A DNA stretch of 64,000 nucleotides from Victivallales bacterium (GTDB lineage Bacteria > Verrucomicrobiota > Lentisphaeria > Victivallales > UBA1829), in NCBI GenBank assembly GCA_045594005.1, contig JAZNXT010000057.1, forward strand, positions 3,151 to 67,150, in the 5' to 3' direction. Of the stretch, positions 45,632 through 54,322 are shown piece by piece (within the stretch, counting starts at the first letter, position 1; the number at the start of each line of letters is the position of its first letter). A program made the translations under genes and the position numbers. The notes below the pieces were generated by a model. It was given only the letters and a program-made list of their open reading frames with translations. It did not search any database and was not told where the DNA came from.

Positions 45632-48088
45632 ATGAAAAAAGCACTGAATACCGCTCTGAAGGATCAGATCATAGAATCATTCAAACGCCATTTGACCTGC
45701 TCGCTGGGAAAACGCCCGGAAAAAGCAGTGGATCTGGACCGCTATCACGCACTGGCACTGGCGATCCGCGATCTGATGATGCAGCATTGGATCGCCACGA
45801 AAGACACCTACGACGAAAAAGCCCCCCGCACTGTCTGCTATATCTCGCTGGAATTTCTGATGGGCAGAACATTGGGCAATGCCATGATCAATCTTGGTGT
45901 TTACGATGCCGCAGCAGAAGCGATGGCGGAACTCGGGTTCGATGCCGATAAGCTCCGGGATGAAGAAGTGGATGCCGGTTTGGGGAACGGCGGGCTGGGG
46001 CGTCTTGCCGCCTGCTTCCTGGATTCCATGGCGACACTGGAACTGCCGAGCTACGGATACGGGATCCGTTATGACTACGGGATCTTCAAACAGATCATTC
46101 AGAACGGTTATCAGGTGGAAGAACCGGACAACTGGCTCAGCCGCGGGAATCCGTGGGAGATCCGCCGTCCGGAACTGGCACGGATCATTCACTTCGGGGG
46201 GAGAGTCATCCGCTATCAGGATGATGTCAACCCCGACCGCCGGAAATGGGTGGACACGCAGGATGTGCTTGCCATGCCCTACGACACACCGGTCCCGGGC
46301 TACAAAAACAACACAGTCAATACTCTGCGTTTGTGGTCGGCAGAATCCCTTTACGGGTTCAATCTGACAAAATTCAATCAGGGGGATTACATCAGTGCGA
46401 ACCTGGAATCTGCCATGAGTCAGAACATCAGCCGTGTGCTGTATCCCAACGACAACAATTTTGAAGGCAAGGAACTGCGTCTGAAACAGCAGTATTTTCT
46501 GGTTTCCTCCACATTGCAGGATATTATTGCCCGCACAAAAGAACTGGGTGGCGATCTTCACGATTTCGATAAGAACTTTGTGATCCAGCTGAATGACACC
46601 CATCCGGCACTGGCGATCCCGGAACTCATGCGTCTGCTCATCGATGTGGAAAACTTCAGTTGGGACGAAGCCTGGTCCATCACCAGCAAGACATTCAACT
46701 ACACCAACCACACGCTTATGTCCGAAGCTCTGGAAAAATGGCCTGTGCATCTCATGGAAAAACTGCTGCCCCGCCATCTGGAGATCATCTACGAGATCAA
46801 CTTCCGTTTCCTCCGTGCCGTTGCCACACGGTATATCGGGGACAACGACCGTCTGACGCGGATGTCTCTCATTCAGGAAGGCAGAGAAAAAATGGTCCGC
46901 ATGGCATATATGTGTGTGGTCGCCAGCGGCAAAGTCAACGGTGTGGCGGCATTGCATACGGAATTGCTGAAAGACGGACTTTTCCGTGATTTTGCGGAAT
47001 TCTATCCGGGCAAATTTGTGAATGTGACCAACGGCATCACACCCCGCCGCTGGCTGTGCAAAGCCAACCCGGCACTGGCGAGTCTCATCTCCGGCAAGAT
47101 CGGTGAAAACTGGGTCCGTGAACTGGATGAACTGGAAAAGATCGATGCCTTTGCCACGGATAAAAATTTCCTGAAGAAACTGGCGGCAGTGAAACGGGAA
47201 AACAAGGTGCGTCTTGCGGAATACATCAAAGAACACAACGGGGTGGAAGTCAATCCGGACTCTATTTTCGATGTTCAGGTGAAGCGTCTGCACGAATACA
47301 AACGCCAGCTGCTGAACATTCTTCATGCCATTGCCCTGTATCTGGAGATCAAAGACAATCCCAACGGTGATTTTGTGCCGCGCACCATTATTTTCGGAGC
47401 GAAATCCGCACCGGGCTATTACATGGCGAAACTCATCATCAAGCTCATCAATGCGGCAGCGGAAGTCATCAACAACGATCCCATGGTGGGAGACAGACTC
47501 AAAGTGGTGTTTCTTGCGAACTACCGTGTTTCTCTGGCGGAAAAGATCATTCCGGCAGCGGATGTTTCCGAACAGATCTCCCTTGCGGGAACGGAAGCCT
47601 CCGGCACGGGCAATATGAAATTTGCACTCAACGGTGCGCTCACCATCGGTACGATGGACGGTGCAAATATCGAGATCCACGATTGCGTGGGCAAAGACAA
47701 TATTTTCATCTTCGGCATGAATGTGGATGAAGTGACACAGCTGCGCAACAGCGGCTACGATCCGGGGGCGTTCATTGCGCAGAATCCCTATCTGCGCCGC
47801 GCACTGGAATTGATCCGGGACAACTTCTTCACGCCGGGTGAACCGGATATTTTCCGTCCGATCATCGACAGTTTCAACTACGACACCTACATGGTGGCGG
47901 CAGACTTTGCCTCTTACATGGAAACGCAGAAAAAGATTGCCGGTCTTTACCGCGATCCGGTCAAATGGCAGGAAAAGTGCCTGCATAACATTGCGAAGAT
48001 GGGGATGTTCTCCAGTGACCGATCCATCCGGGATTATGCGGAAAAGATCTGGAATATCAAACCTGTCAGTGTGAAATCCAAAAATTAA
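45632..48088 (+). CDS. glgP: Glycogen/maltodextrin phosphorylase
   Basis: 818 aa. GNGGLGRLAACFLDS, and the PLP-lysine block EASGTGNMKFALNGALTIGTMDGANIEI. Confidence 0.95.
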   Translation: MKKALNTALKDQIIESFKRHLTCSLGKRPEKAVDLDRYHALALAIRDLMMQHWIATKDTYDEKAPRTVCYISLEFLMGRTLGNAMINLGVYDAAAEAMAELGFDADKLRDEEVDAGLGNGGLGRLAACFLDSMATLELPSYGYGIRYDYGIFKQIIQNGYQVEEPDNWLSRGNPWEIRRPELARIIHFGGRVIRYQDDVNPDRRKWVDTQDVLAMPYDTPVPGYKNNTVNTLRLWSAESLYGFNLTKFNQGDYISANLESAMSQNISRVLYPNDNNFEGKELRLKQQYFLVSSTLQDIIARTKELGGDLHDFDKNFVIQLNDTHPALAIPELMRLLIDVENFSWDEAWSITSKTFNYTNHTLMSEALEKWPVHLMEKLLPRHLEIIYEINFRFLRAVATRYIGDNDRLTRMSLIQEGREKMVRMAYMCVVASGKVNGVAALHTELLKDGLFRDFAEFYPGKFVNVTNGITPRRWLCKANPALASLISGKIGENWVRELDELEKIDAFATDKNFLKKLAAVKRENKVRLAEYIKEHNGVEVNPDSIFDVQVKRLHEYKRQLLNILHAIALYLEIKDNPNGDFVPRTIIFGAKSAPGYYMAKLIIKLINAAAEVINNDPMVGDRLKVVFLANYRVSLAEKIIPAADVSEQISLAGTEASGTGNMKFALNGALTIGTMDGANIEIHDCVGKDNIFIFGMNVDEVTQLRNSGYDPGAFIAQNPYLRRALELIRDNFFTPGEPDIFRPIIDSFNYDTYMVAADFASYMETQKKIAGLYRDPVKWQEKCLHNIAKMGMFSSDRSIRDYAEKIWNIKPVSVKSKN

Positions 48089-48167
48089 AAACAAAGAACA
48101 CGATGCCGTTGTAAAAAAAACGGCATCGTTTTTTTATAACCGAAACTATAAAACTGGATGCGTTTGT

Positions 48168-50264
48168 ATGAAAATCAATGCTTCTGATTATGTCCGGCTG
48201 ATGGTCCCTTTTCTCAAAGGTCTGCCCGATGCGATCCGTTCCCACGCAGAATACCCCGAACTGAAATATTACGGGACGGGTGAAGCCGGTCACTGGTCGG
48301 TGCAATGCAATCAGCAGATGGCAGGTGCGCTGGCGGTACTGGCGGAAGATCCGGATCTGGAAAAATACGATCCGGCGATGTCGGCGGAAGAATTGCGGGA
48401 ACTGGCTCTTTCCATGTTCCGCTATTCCCTGCGGACCCATCTGACCGGCGATCTGATGTGTACCGACGGCAAACAATGGGGCAGGCATTGGATCAGTGTG
48501 CTGGGTATGGAACGGGCGGTACCGGGCTTGAATGTGCTGGAGCCTTATTTTACGGAAGATGACAAAGCGCGTTACAAAGCGTTCCGTATTTTTGAATCGG
48601 ATTACCGGCTGAACGAATATCCCATCCGGGCATGTATGGATGGACAGAAAGGTGCCAATGTGCCGGAATCCAATATCTGGAATGCCGGTTTTCTTATGCG
48701 TACTGCATTGGATTACCCCGAACTGGAACAGGCACCGGAATATCTGAACAAAGCCACACACATGATGCTCAACGGGCTTTCCTATCCCCCGGATGCGGAA
48801 GATCAGACGGTCTATAACGGAAAAACGGTGGCGGAATGGCATGTGGGACCGAACTTCACGGAAAACTTTTCGCTGGATCACCACGGCTATATGAATGTGG
48901 GTTATTCCTATATCTGCCTTTCCAATCTGGCTCTGCTTTATTTTAATTTCAAGGAACGCGGTCAGACCATGCCGCCGGAACTGCTGCACAATGTGGAGAA
49001 ACTCTGGAATGTGGTCAAAAACTTTGTGTTCCCGGACGGCAGACTGCTCCGGATCGGCGGGGATTCCCGTTCCCGGTACAACTACTGCCAATGTTTCGCC
49101 ATCTCCGCCTGGATCTTTGCGGCAGAACTTTTCCGGGATCCCGATGCAGTGCGTTTTGAAAAAGAATTTCTCGCCCTCATGGAAAAAGAACAGTCGGAAA
49201 ATGCCGACGGTTCTTTCTACGGCACGCGTTTGAGTGAATTGAAAGATTACAGTTATTACTATTACCGCAGACTGGAAGCCGATCCCATGCACGCGCTCTC
49301 CACCGGTGCATACTGGCGGAGAAAATTTGAGATCTTCAACGAAGGACGCGAAGCAGAAAAACAGGATCTCTGCTGGAGCGACGATTTCCATAAAGCGGTA
49401 ATGATCCGCACCGGGAATACGGTCCGGTCCGCCGTCAAACGCGCGGAACACAGTCAGGAGATCCTCTGTCTGCCGCTGGACCGCAGCGACATGGCGGAAT
49501 GGGATCTGAATCTGACCGGTTATATCGGGTGTCATTTCATGGTGGAAGATGGAGATGCGTTCATCAAAAAGAGTGCGCAGCTGGATGCGTTCACCTATGT
49601 GCGCAAAACGGTCGTGTCGGAACGCGCCCCCATGGGAGAAGGAGAAGAAATTTATCAGGTGGCGGAACGCCGTTATGCCTGTGCCGCACTGCCGGATGGG
49701 AAAACACTTCTTGTGCTGGAACGCGTGAAGATGCTGAAAGAGACCACCTTCACTTTCGGATTCCGCAGTCTGCATTGCTGTATCCCCAACGATGTTTACA
49801 ACGATAAACAACGCGTCTGGTCCACACCGGAAGCCGCGTTCACCACAAAAAATCTGCACGGAAAAAATGAACTGCTGGAAACCGGCTCCACGGTACTGAA
49901 CTGCGATGGTGCGATGTCCTTTTTCGCACTGGGTGAAAATACCGCATCCTTCAAGATCAAACAATCTGCAAAACAGAATGTGTTTCTCCAGTGCGGCTTG
50001 TGGAGCATGTACGCCGATGAAGTCTGCATGGATGCCACTCTTGATCCCATCCGTTCCAAACCCGGCACGATCCTCTACGATACAGTCTGCGCGGTGGCGG
50101 CGGATACCGACAGCGTTGCGCCGCGGGCAAACTCGGTCACGGAAAACGGCGATGTACGGGAAGTCACCTTCTTTGCCTTTGACGGGAAGACTTATACCTT
50201 CAAGGTCGATTTTTCCACCTGTGATGCACAACTGCTTTGCGAAGGGGAAACTGTGATATGCTGA
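48168..50264 (+). CDS. Hypothetical cytoplasmic 698-aa protein, possibly polysaccharide-lyase/heparinase II/III-like
   Basis: No signal peptide. A helical N-terminal half (SLDHHGYMNVGYSY block) and a beta-rich C-terminal half. The family call is only an impression. Confidence 0.35.
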   Translation: MKINASDYVRLMVPFLKGLPDAIRSHAEYPELKYYGTGEAGHWSVQCNQQMAGALAVLAEDPDLEKYDPAMSAEELRELALSMFRYSLRTHLTGDLMCTDGKQWGRHWISVLGMERAVPGLNVLEPYFTEDDKARYKAFRIFESDYRLNEYPIRACMDGQKGANVPESNIWNAGFLMRTALDYPELEQAPEYLNKATHMMLNGLSYPPDAEDQTVYNGKTVAEWHVGPNFTENFSLDHHGYMNVGYSYICLSNLALLYFNFKERGQTMPPELLHNVEKLWNVVKNFVFPDGRLLRIGGDSRSRYNYCQCFAISAWIFAAELFRDPDAVRFEKEFLALMEKEQSENADGSFYGTRLSELKDYSYYYYRRLEADPMHALSTGAYWRRKFEIFNEGREAEKQDLCWSDDFHKAVMIRTGNTVRSAVKRAEHSQEILCLPLDRSDMAEWDLNLTGYIGCHFMVEDGDAFIKKSAQLDAFTYVRKTVVSERAPMGEGEEIYQVAERRYACAALPDGKTLLVLERVKMLKETTFTFGFRSLHCCIPNDVYNDKQRVWSTPEAAFTTKNLHGKNELLETGSTVLNCDGAMSFFALGENTASFKIKQSAKQNVFLQCGLWSMYADEVCMDATLDPIRSKPGTILYDTVCAVAADTDSVAPRANSVTENGDVREVTFFAFDGKTYTFKVDFSTCDAQLLCEGETVIC

Positions 50265-51304
50265 AAGTTGCGCTTGTAGGAGCCGGAGGCTGGGGAGATA
50301 CCCATATCGACCGTTATCTGCGTCTGGAAAAAGAAGGACTCGTTTCCTTTGCAGGCGCAGCAGACGTCAACCCCGTCAATCTGGAACGGGTACGCGCTTT
50401 GGGGATCGCCTGTTTCACATCCGATACGGAATTGTATGAAACGGTACACCCGGATCTGGTTTCCGTCGCGGCGGGGATACCTTTTCACCCGGATCTTCAG
50501 GCAAATGCCCTTGCCCACGGCGTGAATGTGCTGATGGAAAAACCTGCCGCAGCCACCGTGCCGGAAGTGGAAGGAATGATCGCGGACGCAGCGAACTATC
50601 CCGATCTCTTTGCATTGATCGCCTTTCAATTCATCTATACCCCGGAAACAGCGGCATTGAAAGAATTGATCCGGTCGGAAAAATACGGAAAAATATGCGC
50701 TGTTTCCGTACGCGGTGCAGTGAAACGGGACGATTCCTACTATCAGCGCAACCGCTGGGCAGGCAAACTGCATTTGGATAACGGCAGAGCTGTCTTTGAT
50801 TCCCCCCTGTCCAATGCCTTTGCACACTATCTCAATCTGGCTCTGTTCCTTACAGATACGGATGTGGAACGGTTGGAAAATGTCCGGCTGCTGCGTGCGC
50901 GGCGGGAGATCGAAAATTTTGACAGCTGCATATTCCGTGCTGTGGGCAGCAATTCGTTGAGCGTGGATGTATTTTTCTCCCACACTGTGGAACAACCGGA
51001 ATGGCCGCATCTGACCATTACGCTGGAACGCGCGGTGATCCATTGGCACACCAACGAATGGTTTGTGGAAGGCGGCACGGAACGGATGGTCTATGCAGAT
51101 GATCCCCAGTATGAAATGTTCAAAAGTGCCGTGCTGCTGGCGGAAACCGGCAAAGCCGCACATCATATCTGCACCCTGCAGGAAGCAATGAAACATACCC
51201 GTTGCGTGGCACTGGCACAACAGTTCCCCATACAAACATTGAATGAAAACGAATATATCCGGCATGGAGATTTTTATTCCGTACCGATGCTGAAGGAAAT
51301 ATAA
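50258..51304 (+). CDS. Gfo/Idh/MocA-family oxidoreductase
   Basis: MLKVALVGAGGWGDTHIDRY Rossmann start (ATG 50258, overlapping the upstream stop by 7 nt), and the MEKP motif (VNVLMEKPAAAT). Confidence 0.8.
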   Translation: MLKVALVGAGGWGDTHIDRYLRLEKEGLVSFAGAADVNPVNLERVRALGIACFTSDTELYETVHPDLVSVAAGIPFHPDLQANALAHGVNVLMEKPAAATVPEVEGMIADAANYPDLFALIAFQFIYTPETAALKELIRSEKYGKICAVSVRGAVKRDDSYYQRNRWAGKLHLDNGRAVFDSPLSNAFAHYLNLALFLTDTDVERLENVRLLRARREIENFDSCIFRAVGSNSLSVDVFFSHTVEQPEWPHLTITLERAVIHWHTNEWFVEGGTERMVYADDPQYEMFKSAVLLAETGKAAHHICTLQEAMKHTRCVALAQQFPIQTLNENEYIRHGDFYSVPMLKEI

Positions 51305-51306
51305 AA

Positions 51307-52077
51307 ATGGAAAGATCTTTTTTCAACCGGAAAGATCCGGTGGTGACTTTTCTCACACACGGTGCGACCGTGGCAGAAATTTGTGACGGCATTGCAGAAG
51401 CGTATCAGGCAGGTGCGGAAGGGATCGCGGTGGAAATGTTCGATCTGCCGCCGGAAGAACGCACCATCAGCAATTACAAAACGATCATGGCAACGGCTCC
51501 CCTGCCCTATATGTTCATTCTGTACCGCAACGATCAATGGCTGAAGAGCGATGATGCGGCACGGCAGAAATTCCTGCTGGATGCAGTGGATGCCGGTGCG
51601 GAAGTGGTGGATGTGATGGGTGACCTGTTCCAGCCGTCGGAATTTGAACTTGCCACAGATCCGGCAGCCGTCGGAAAACAGAAAGCGTTGATCCGGGAGA
51701 TCCACGAACGGGGCGGGAAAGTGGTCATGTCCAGCCACATGCCTCAATTCCGGACACAGGATGAGATACTGGCGCACCTTCAGGCACAATCGGAACGGGG
51801 TGCGGATATCCTCAAGATCGTCTGCGGCTGTAATTCGGAAGAAGAACTGAACAGCCAGATCGCCGCAACAATGATGTTGAGCCGGACGCTGACAAAGCCT
51901 TTTATCCATCTTTCCGGCGGAAGCTGGAGCCGGCTGCACCGTTTTTTGAGTCCCCTGCTGGGATCGGCGATCGCGTTTGCAAAAAACACCTCCGGGGAAC
52001 TCCAGCCGTCGGTCCGGGAATACCGCAATGTTTTTGCAAATATGCAATGGCATATCGGAGATAACCGGAAAGTATAA
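51307..52077 (+). CDS. Type I 3-dehydroquinate dehydratase (AroD)-like protein
   Basis: 256 aa. GKVVMSSHMPQFRTQDEILAHLQAQSERGADILKIV aligns, from memory, with the AroD segment VIMSNHDFHKTP...GADIPKIA, retaining the catalytic His and Schiff-base Lys positions. PFIHLSGGSWSRLHR resembles PIITMSMSKTGVISRL. Confidence 0.6.
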   Translation: MERSFFNRKDPVVTFLTHGATVAEICDGIAEAYQAGAEGIAVEMFDLPPEERTISNYKTIMATAPLPYMFILYRNDQWLKSDDAARQKFLLDAVDAGAEVVDVMGDLFQPSEFELATDPAAVGKQKALIREIHERGGKVVMSSHMPQFRTQDEILAHLQAQSERGADILKIVCGCNSEEELNSQIAATMMLSRTLTKPFIHLSGGSWSRLHRFLSPLLGSAIAFAKNTSGELQPSVREYRNVFANMQWHIGDNRKV

Positions 52078-52157
52078 TAAAAAATCGTGATCCCAGCCTT
52101 GATTTTTTACCGTTCGTGAATTATAATATTCCCCGACGGGACAGCAAGGAGAAGATC

Positions 52158-53669
52158 ATGAAGAAGATCGTTATAAATCATTTGAGACGGATCAGCCGTC
52201 TGGAATTTGAACTGCCGCAACAGTACGGGCGCGTGTTTCTTCTGACAGGTGCCAACGGTGCGGGCAAATCCACATTGATCTCCACGCTGGCACAGATCGG
52301 CGATCCGGGCGCGCTGGATCATTTTTTCCAGCCGAACATCTTTTTCAGAGATGCCGAAAATGTCCTTTCCGGATCTTTCATCCGTTTTGAAACGGATGAT
52401 GCTTCCGCAGAGTTCCGTTTTGATATCGAAAGCACCCGCTGGCGTGCCGTAAGCGGCGATACACAGAAAGTCTTTGCCGCCTTCGGTTATCCGGAAACGC
52501 TTTTTGCCGGAGCGAAACCGAAACGGCAGAGCGTGCCGGGGGAAGTTTTTGAAACTGCCGATATCCGGAACGCACCGGAGGAGATCTGCCGCGCCGCCGC
52601 AGGGATCTTTGATGACGAAAATTTTATGGATCTTTCCCTGATCCGCAGTCCCGTGACGGGTGAAGATGTCTATATCCGGAAACTGGATCTGAACGGCAAA
52701 CTTTATTATTTCAGCGAAAATAATTTCAGTGCCGGAGAACGCGCGGTGATCAAACTTGCCGCACAGTTGCGGAAGATCGCACGGCGATCCCTGATCCTGA
52801 TCGACGAAGCGGAAATGGCACTGCATCCCAAAGCACAGAAGCGATTGCTGCTGTATCTGGAGGAGATCGCCCGGAAAAAAGAATTGCTGGTGATCGTTTC
52901 CACACAATCTGCAAGTCTGATCAAGATCACCGATCCGAAACAACTGCTCTTTCTGGAGGATGATGAACGCGCGGGAGAAATGGTCTGCCGCCGCAATGTT
53001 TATCCTGCTGCGATCCTCGGTGAAATGGCGTTTGAAGAAGAGATCCTGCCTGAAGCGATCCTGCTGGTGGAAGATCCGGAAGCGCAAATGCTTTTGGAAG
53101 CGATCGTGGCAAAACTCAAATATCTGATGCCCGATACCGATTTTCCATATACAAAAATATTGCCCGTGGGCGGATATATGCAGGTCATCATCCTCATGGA
53201 TAATTTGAGCAGAGTTTTCCCGAATTTCGTTCACCGCCGCGCCGTACTGGATAAAGATGCGGAACATAATGTGCGGCGGACCGCATCCGATCCGGGAAGA
53301 TCCCAGCATGCCGTAGTCAGCCGGAATATCGACCGGATCTATTTTCTGCCCTGCGCACCCGAACAGGGCGTGATCACATTGCTGGAAAAAGATCCGAAAA
53401 AACATTCTGCCGCCCTGCGGAAAGTGTTCGGTGCCGATTCCATACACCTGAACGATGTCATGCGCGGACACGATTCCTACCGGATGATTTCCGGCGATTC
53501 CAGAAGCGAGTGTAAAGATAAACTGACTTACATCGTGCGGTATCTGGCGTCAGTCAGCGGCGAACCGGAATTCCTCGTGCGGAAAAAACTTTACCGCTAT
53601 TATGTGGATCTGCATTATACCGACAGCAGCCAGCTGAAAAAAGAATATTGTCCGCTTCTTTTCCGGTGA
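52158..53669 (+). CDS. ABC-type (AAA_15/21-like) ATPase fused to a Toprim/DUF4435-like domain; OLD-family or fused-PARIS-like candidate defence protein
   Basis: Start moved to ATG 52158 (AAGGAGAAG upstream). Walker A LLTGANGAGKSTL, signature-like FSAGERAVIKLAAQL, Walker B LILIDEAEMALHP, then ILLVEDPEAQMLLEAIV...ILPVGGYMQVI...AVLDKDAE (Glu plus DxD of a Toprim-type fold). Confidence 0.6.
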   Translation: MKKIVINHLRRISRLEFELPQQYGRVFLLTGANGAGKSTLISTLAQIGDPGALDHFFQPNIFFRDAENVLSGSFIRFETDDASAEFRFDIESTRWRAVSGDTQKVFAAFGYPETLFAGAKPKRQSVPGEVFETADIRNAPEEICRAAAGIFDDENFMDLSLIRSPVTGEDVYIRKLDLNGKLYYFSENNFSAGERAVIKLAAQLRKIARRSLILIDEAEMALHPKAQKRLLLYLEEIARKKELLVIVSTQSASLIKITDPKQLLFLEDDERAGEMVCRRNVYPAAILGEMAFEEEILPEAILLVEDPEAQMLLEAIVAKLKYLMPDTDFPYTKILPVGGYMQVIILMDNLSRVFPNFVHRRAVLDKDAEHNVRRTASDPGRSQHAVVSRNIDRIYFLPCAPEQGVITLLEKDPKKHSAALRKVFGADSIHLNDVMRGHDSYRMISGDSRSECKDKLTYIVRYLASVSGEPEFLVRKKLYRYYVDLHYTDSSQLKKEYCPLLFR

Positions 53670-53730
53670 CGCTTGCTTTAATAATTGAAAAACATAAGAC
53701 TTATAAAAACAAAGGGCGGTACCGGTGAAT

Positions 53731-53776
53731 ACGGATGAGTACGGATGAGTACGGATGAGTACGGATGAGTACGGAG
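53731..53776. repeat. 10-bp tandem repeat ACGGATGAGT, about 4.6 copies
   Basis: Four exact consecutive copies at 53731-53770 plus the partial copy ACGGAG. Confidence 0.9.
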
Positions 53777-53793
53777 AAAAAAAACTTTCAATC

Positions 53794-53921
53794 ACGCCTC
53801 ATCTGTGTCCCACAAGTCGCAGAAGTCCCAAATGTCCCATTTGTCCTGCCAAAAATAATCCCCCTCGCCCCGCGCGGGGGTGCATAGCACCCGTTTCTTG
53901 GGCGGCCCTCGCTGACGCTTG
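53794..53921 (+). repeat. Copy 1 of a roughly 130-bp direct repeat containing five 9-bp-phased GTC(C/G)CA-type half-sites
   Basis: The first 67 nt are identical to 54107-54173. GTCCCA/GTCGCA/GTCCCA/GTCCCA/GTCCTG start at 53807, 53816, 53825, 53834 and 53843. These are followed by the CCCCGCGCGGGG palindrome and the GGGTGC-ATA-GCACCC hairpin. Confidence 0.9.
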
Positions 53922-53982
53922 TTTTTCGCCAGTGAACCACCTTCCCGGCTGGAACGCTCAAACGGTGCCGCAGGCGCATTCC

Positions 53983-54015
53983 TGAGACTTATAGGACTTC
54001 CGGGACTCATAGGAC
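53983..54015 (-). repeat. Opposite-strand array of 9-bp-phased GTC(C/T)(C/T)(A/G) sites
   Basis: The plus strand reads TGAGAC-tta-TAGGAC-ttc-CGGGAC-tca-TAGGAC, with the GAC trinucleotides ending at 53988, 53997, 54006 and 54015. Confidence 0.8.
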
Positions 54016-54106
54016 AAGACTGACCGAATGGCAAACTTTATTTAAAATTGCCTTTCGTGGTGCGGCTCCCGCCCTCCGGTTCAATGGATAAAAAAAACAC
54101 CCGGCT

Positions 54107-54240
54107 ACGCCTCATCTGTGTCCCACAAGTCGCAGAAGTCCCAAATGTCCCATTTGTCCTGCCAAAAATAATCTCCCCCCCCCCGCCCCGCGCGGGGGTG
54201 CAAAGCACCCGTTTCTTGGGCGGCTCTCGCTAACGCGTGC
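54107..54240 (+). repeat. Copy 2 of the roughly 130-bp direct repeat
   Basis: 313 bp downstream of copy 1. It differs mainly by a C10 tract (54175-54184) replacing CCCCCTCG, and by divergence after GGGCGG. Confidence 0.9.
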
Positions 54241-54286
54241 CGCCTGTGGCAAACAAGCGGAGCGCAGTTGAGCCACCGATCCAGAA

Positions 54287-54318
54287 AAGGCGCAAAGATC
54301 CAAGCGAGACAACGCGCC
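54287..54318. repeat. Third copy of the AAGGC.CAAAGATCCAAGCGAGACAACGC.CC motif
   Basis: AAGGCGCAAAGATCCAAGCGAGACAACGCGCC compared with 24644-24676 AAGGCACAAAGATCCAAGCGAGACAACGCACCC. It ends 4 nt before the apgM stop codon. Confidence 0.85.
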
Positions 54319-54322
54319 GCGT

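Noticed and set aside
45677-48094. An 805-aa ORF on the minus strand, exactly antisense to glgP. There are many similar very long antisense ORFs elsewhere, e.g. 15824-16873, 16876-18249, 17889-19868, 19313-21388, 24514-25995, 28346-29530, 36789-37931, 37507-38718, 40581-41690, 43738-44808, 48066-50231, 50192-51265, 52107-53471, 54431-55465 and 56267-57250.
   Set aside because: In every case the opposite strand encodes a protein with clear family motifs. The antisense products are R/H/F/C/Q-rich and low-complexity, with no recognisable motif. Open antisense frames are expected when sense codons TTA, CTA and TCA are avoided. These are shadow ORFs, not genes.
53755-54233. Small ORFs (61-81 aa) on both strands of the repeat tract, including Pro/Cys-rich products.
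   Set aside because: The two copies of the 130-bp repeat are read in different frames by these ORFs, so there is no conserved protein. No ribosome-binding sites are present.
53794-54240. Possible CRISPR array or CRISPR-like repeat-spacer unit.
   Set aside because: There are only two copies. The repeat unit is about 130 bp, the 'spacer' about 185 bp, and the unit is not the 24-48 bp partially palindromic type. No cas genes are present.
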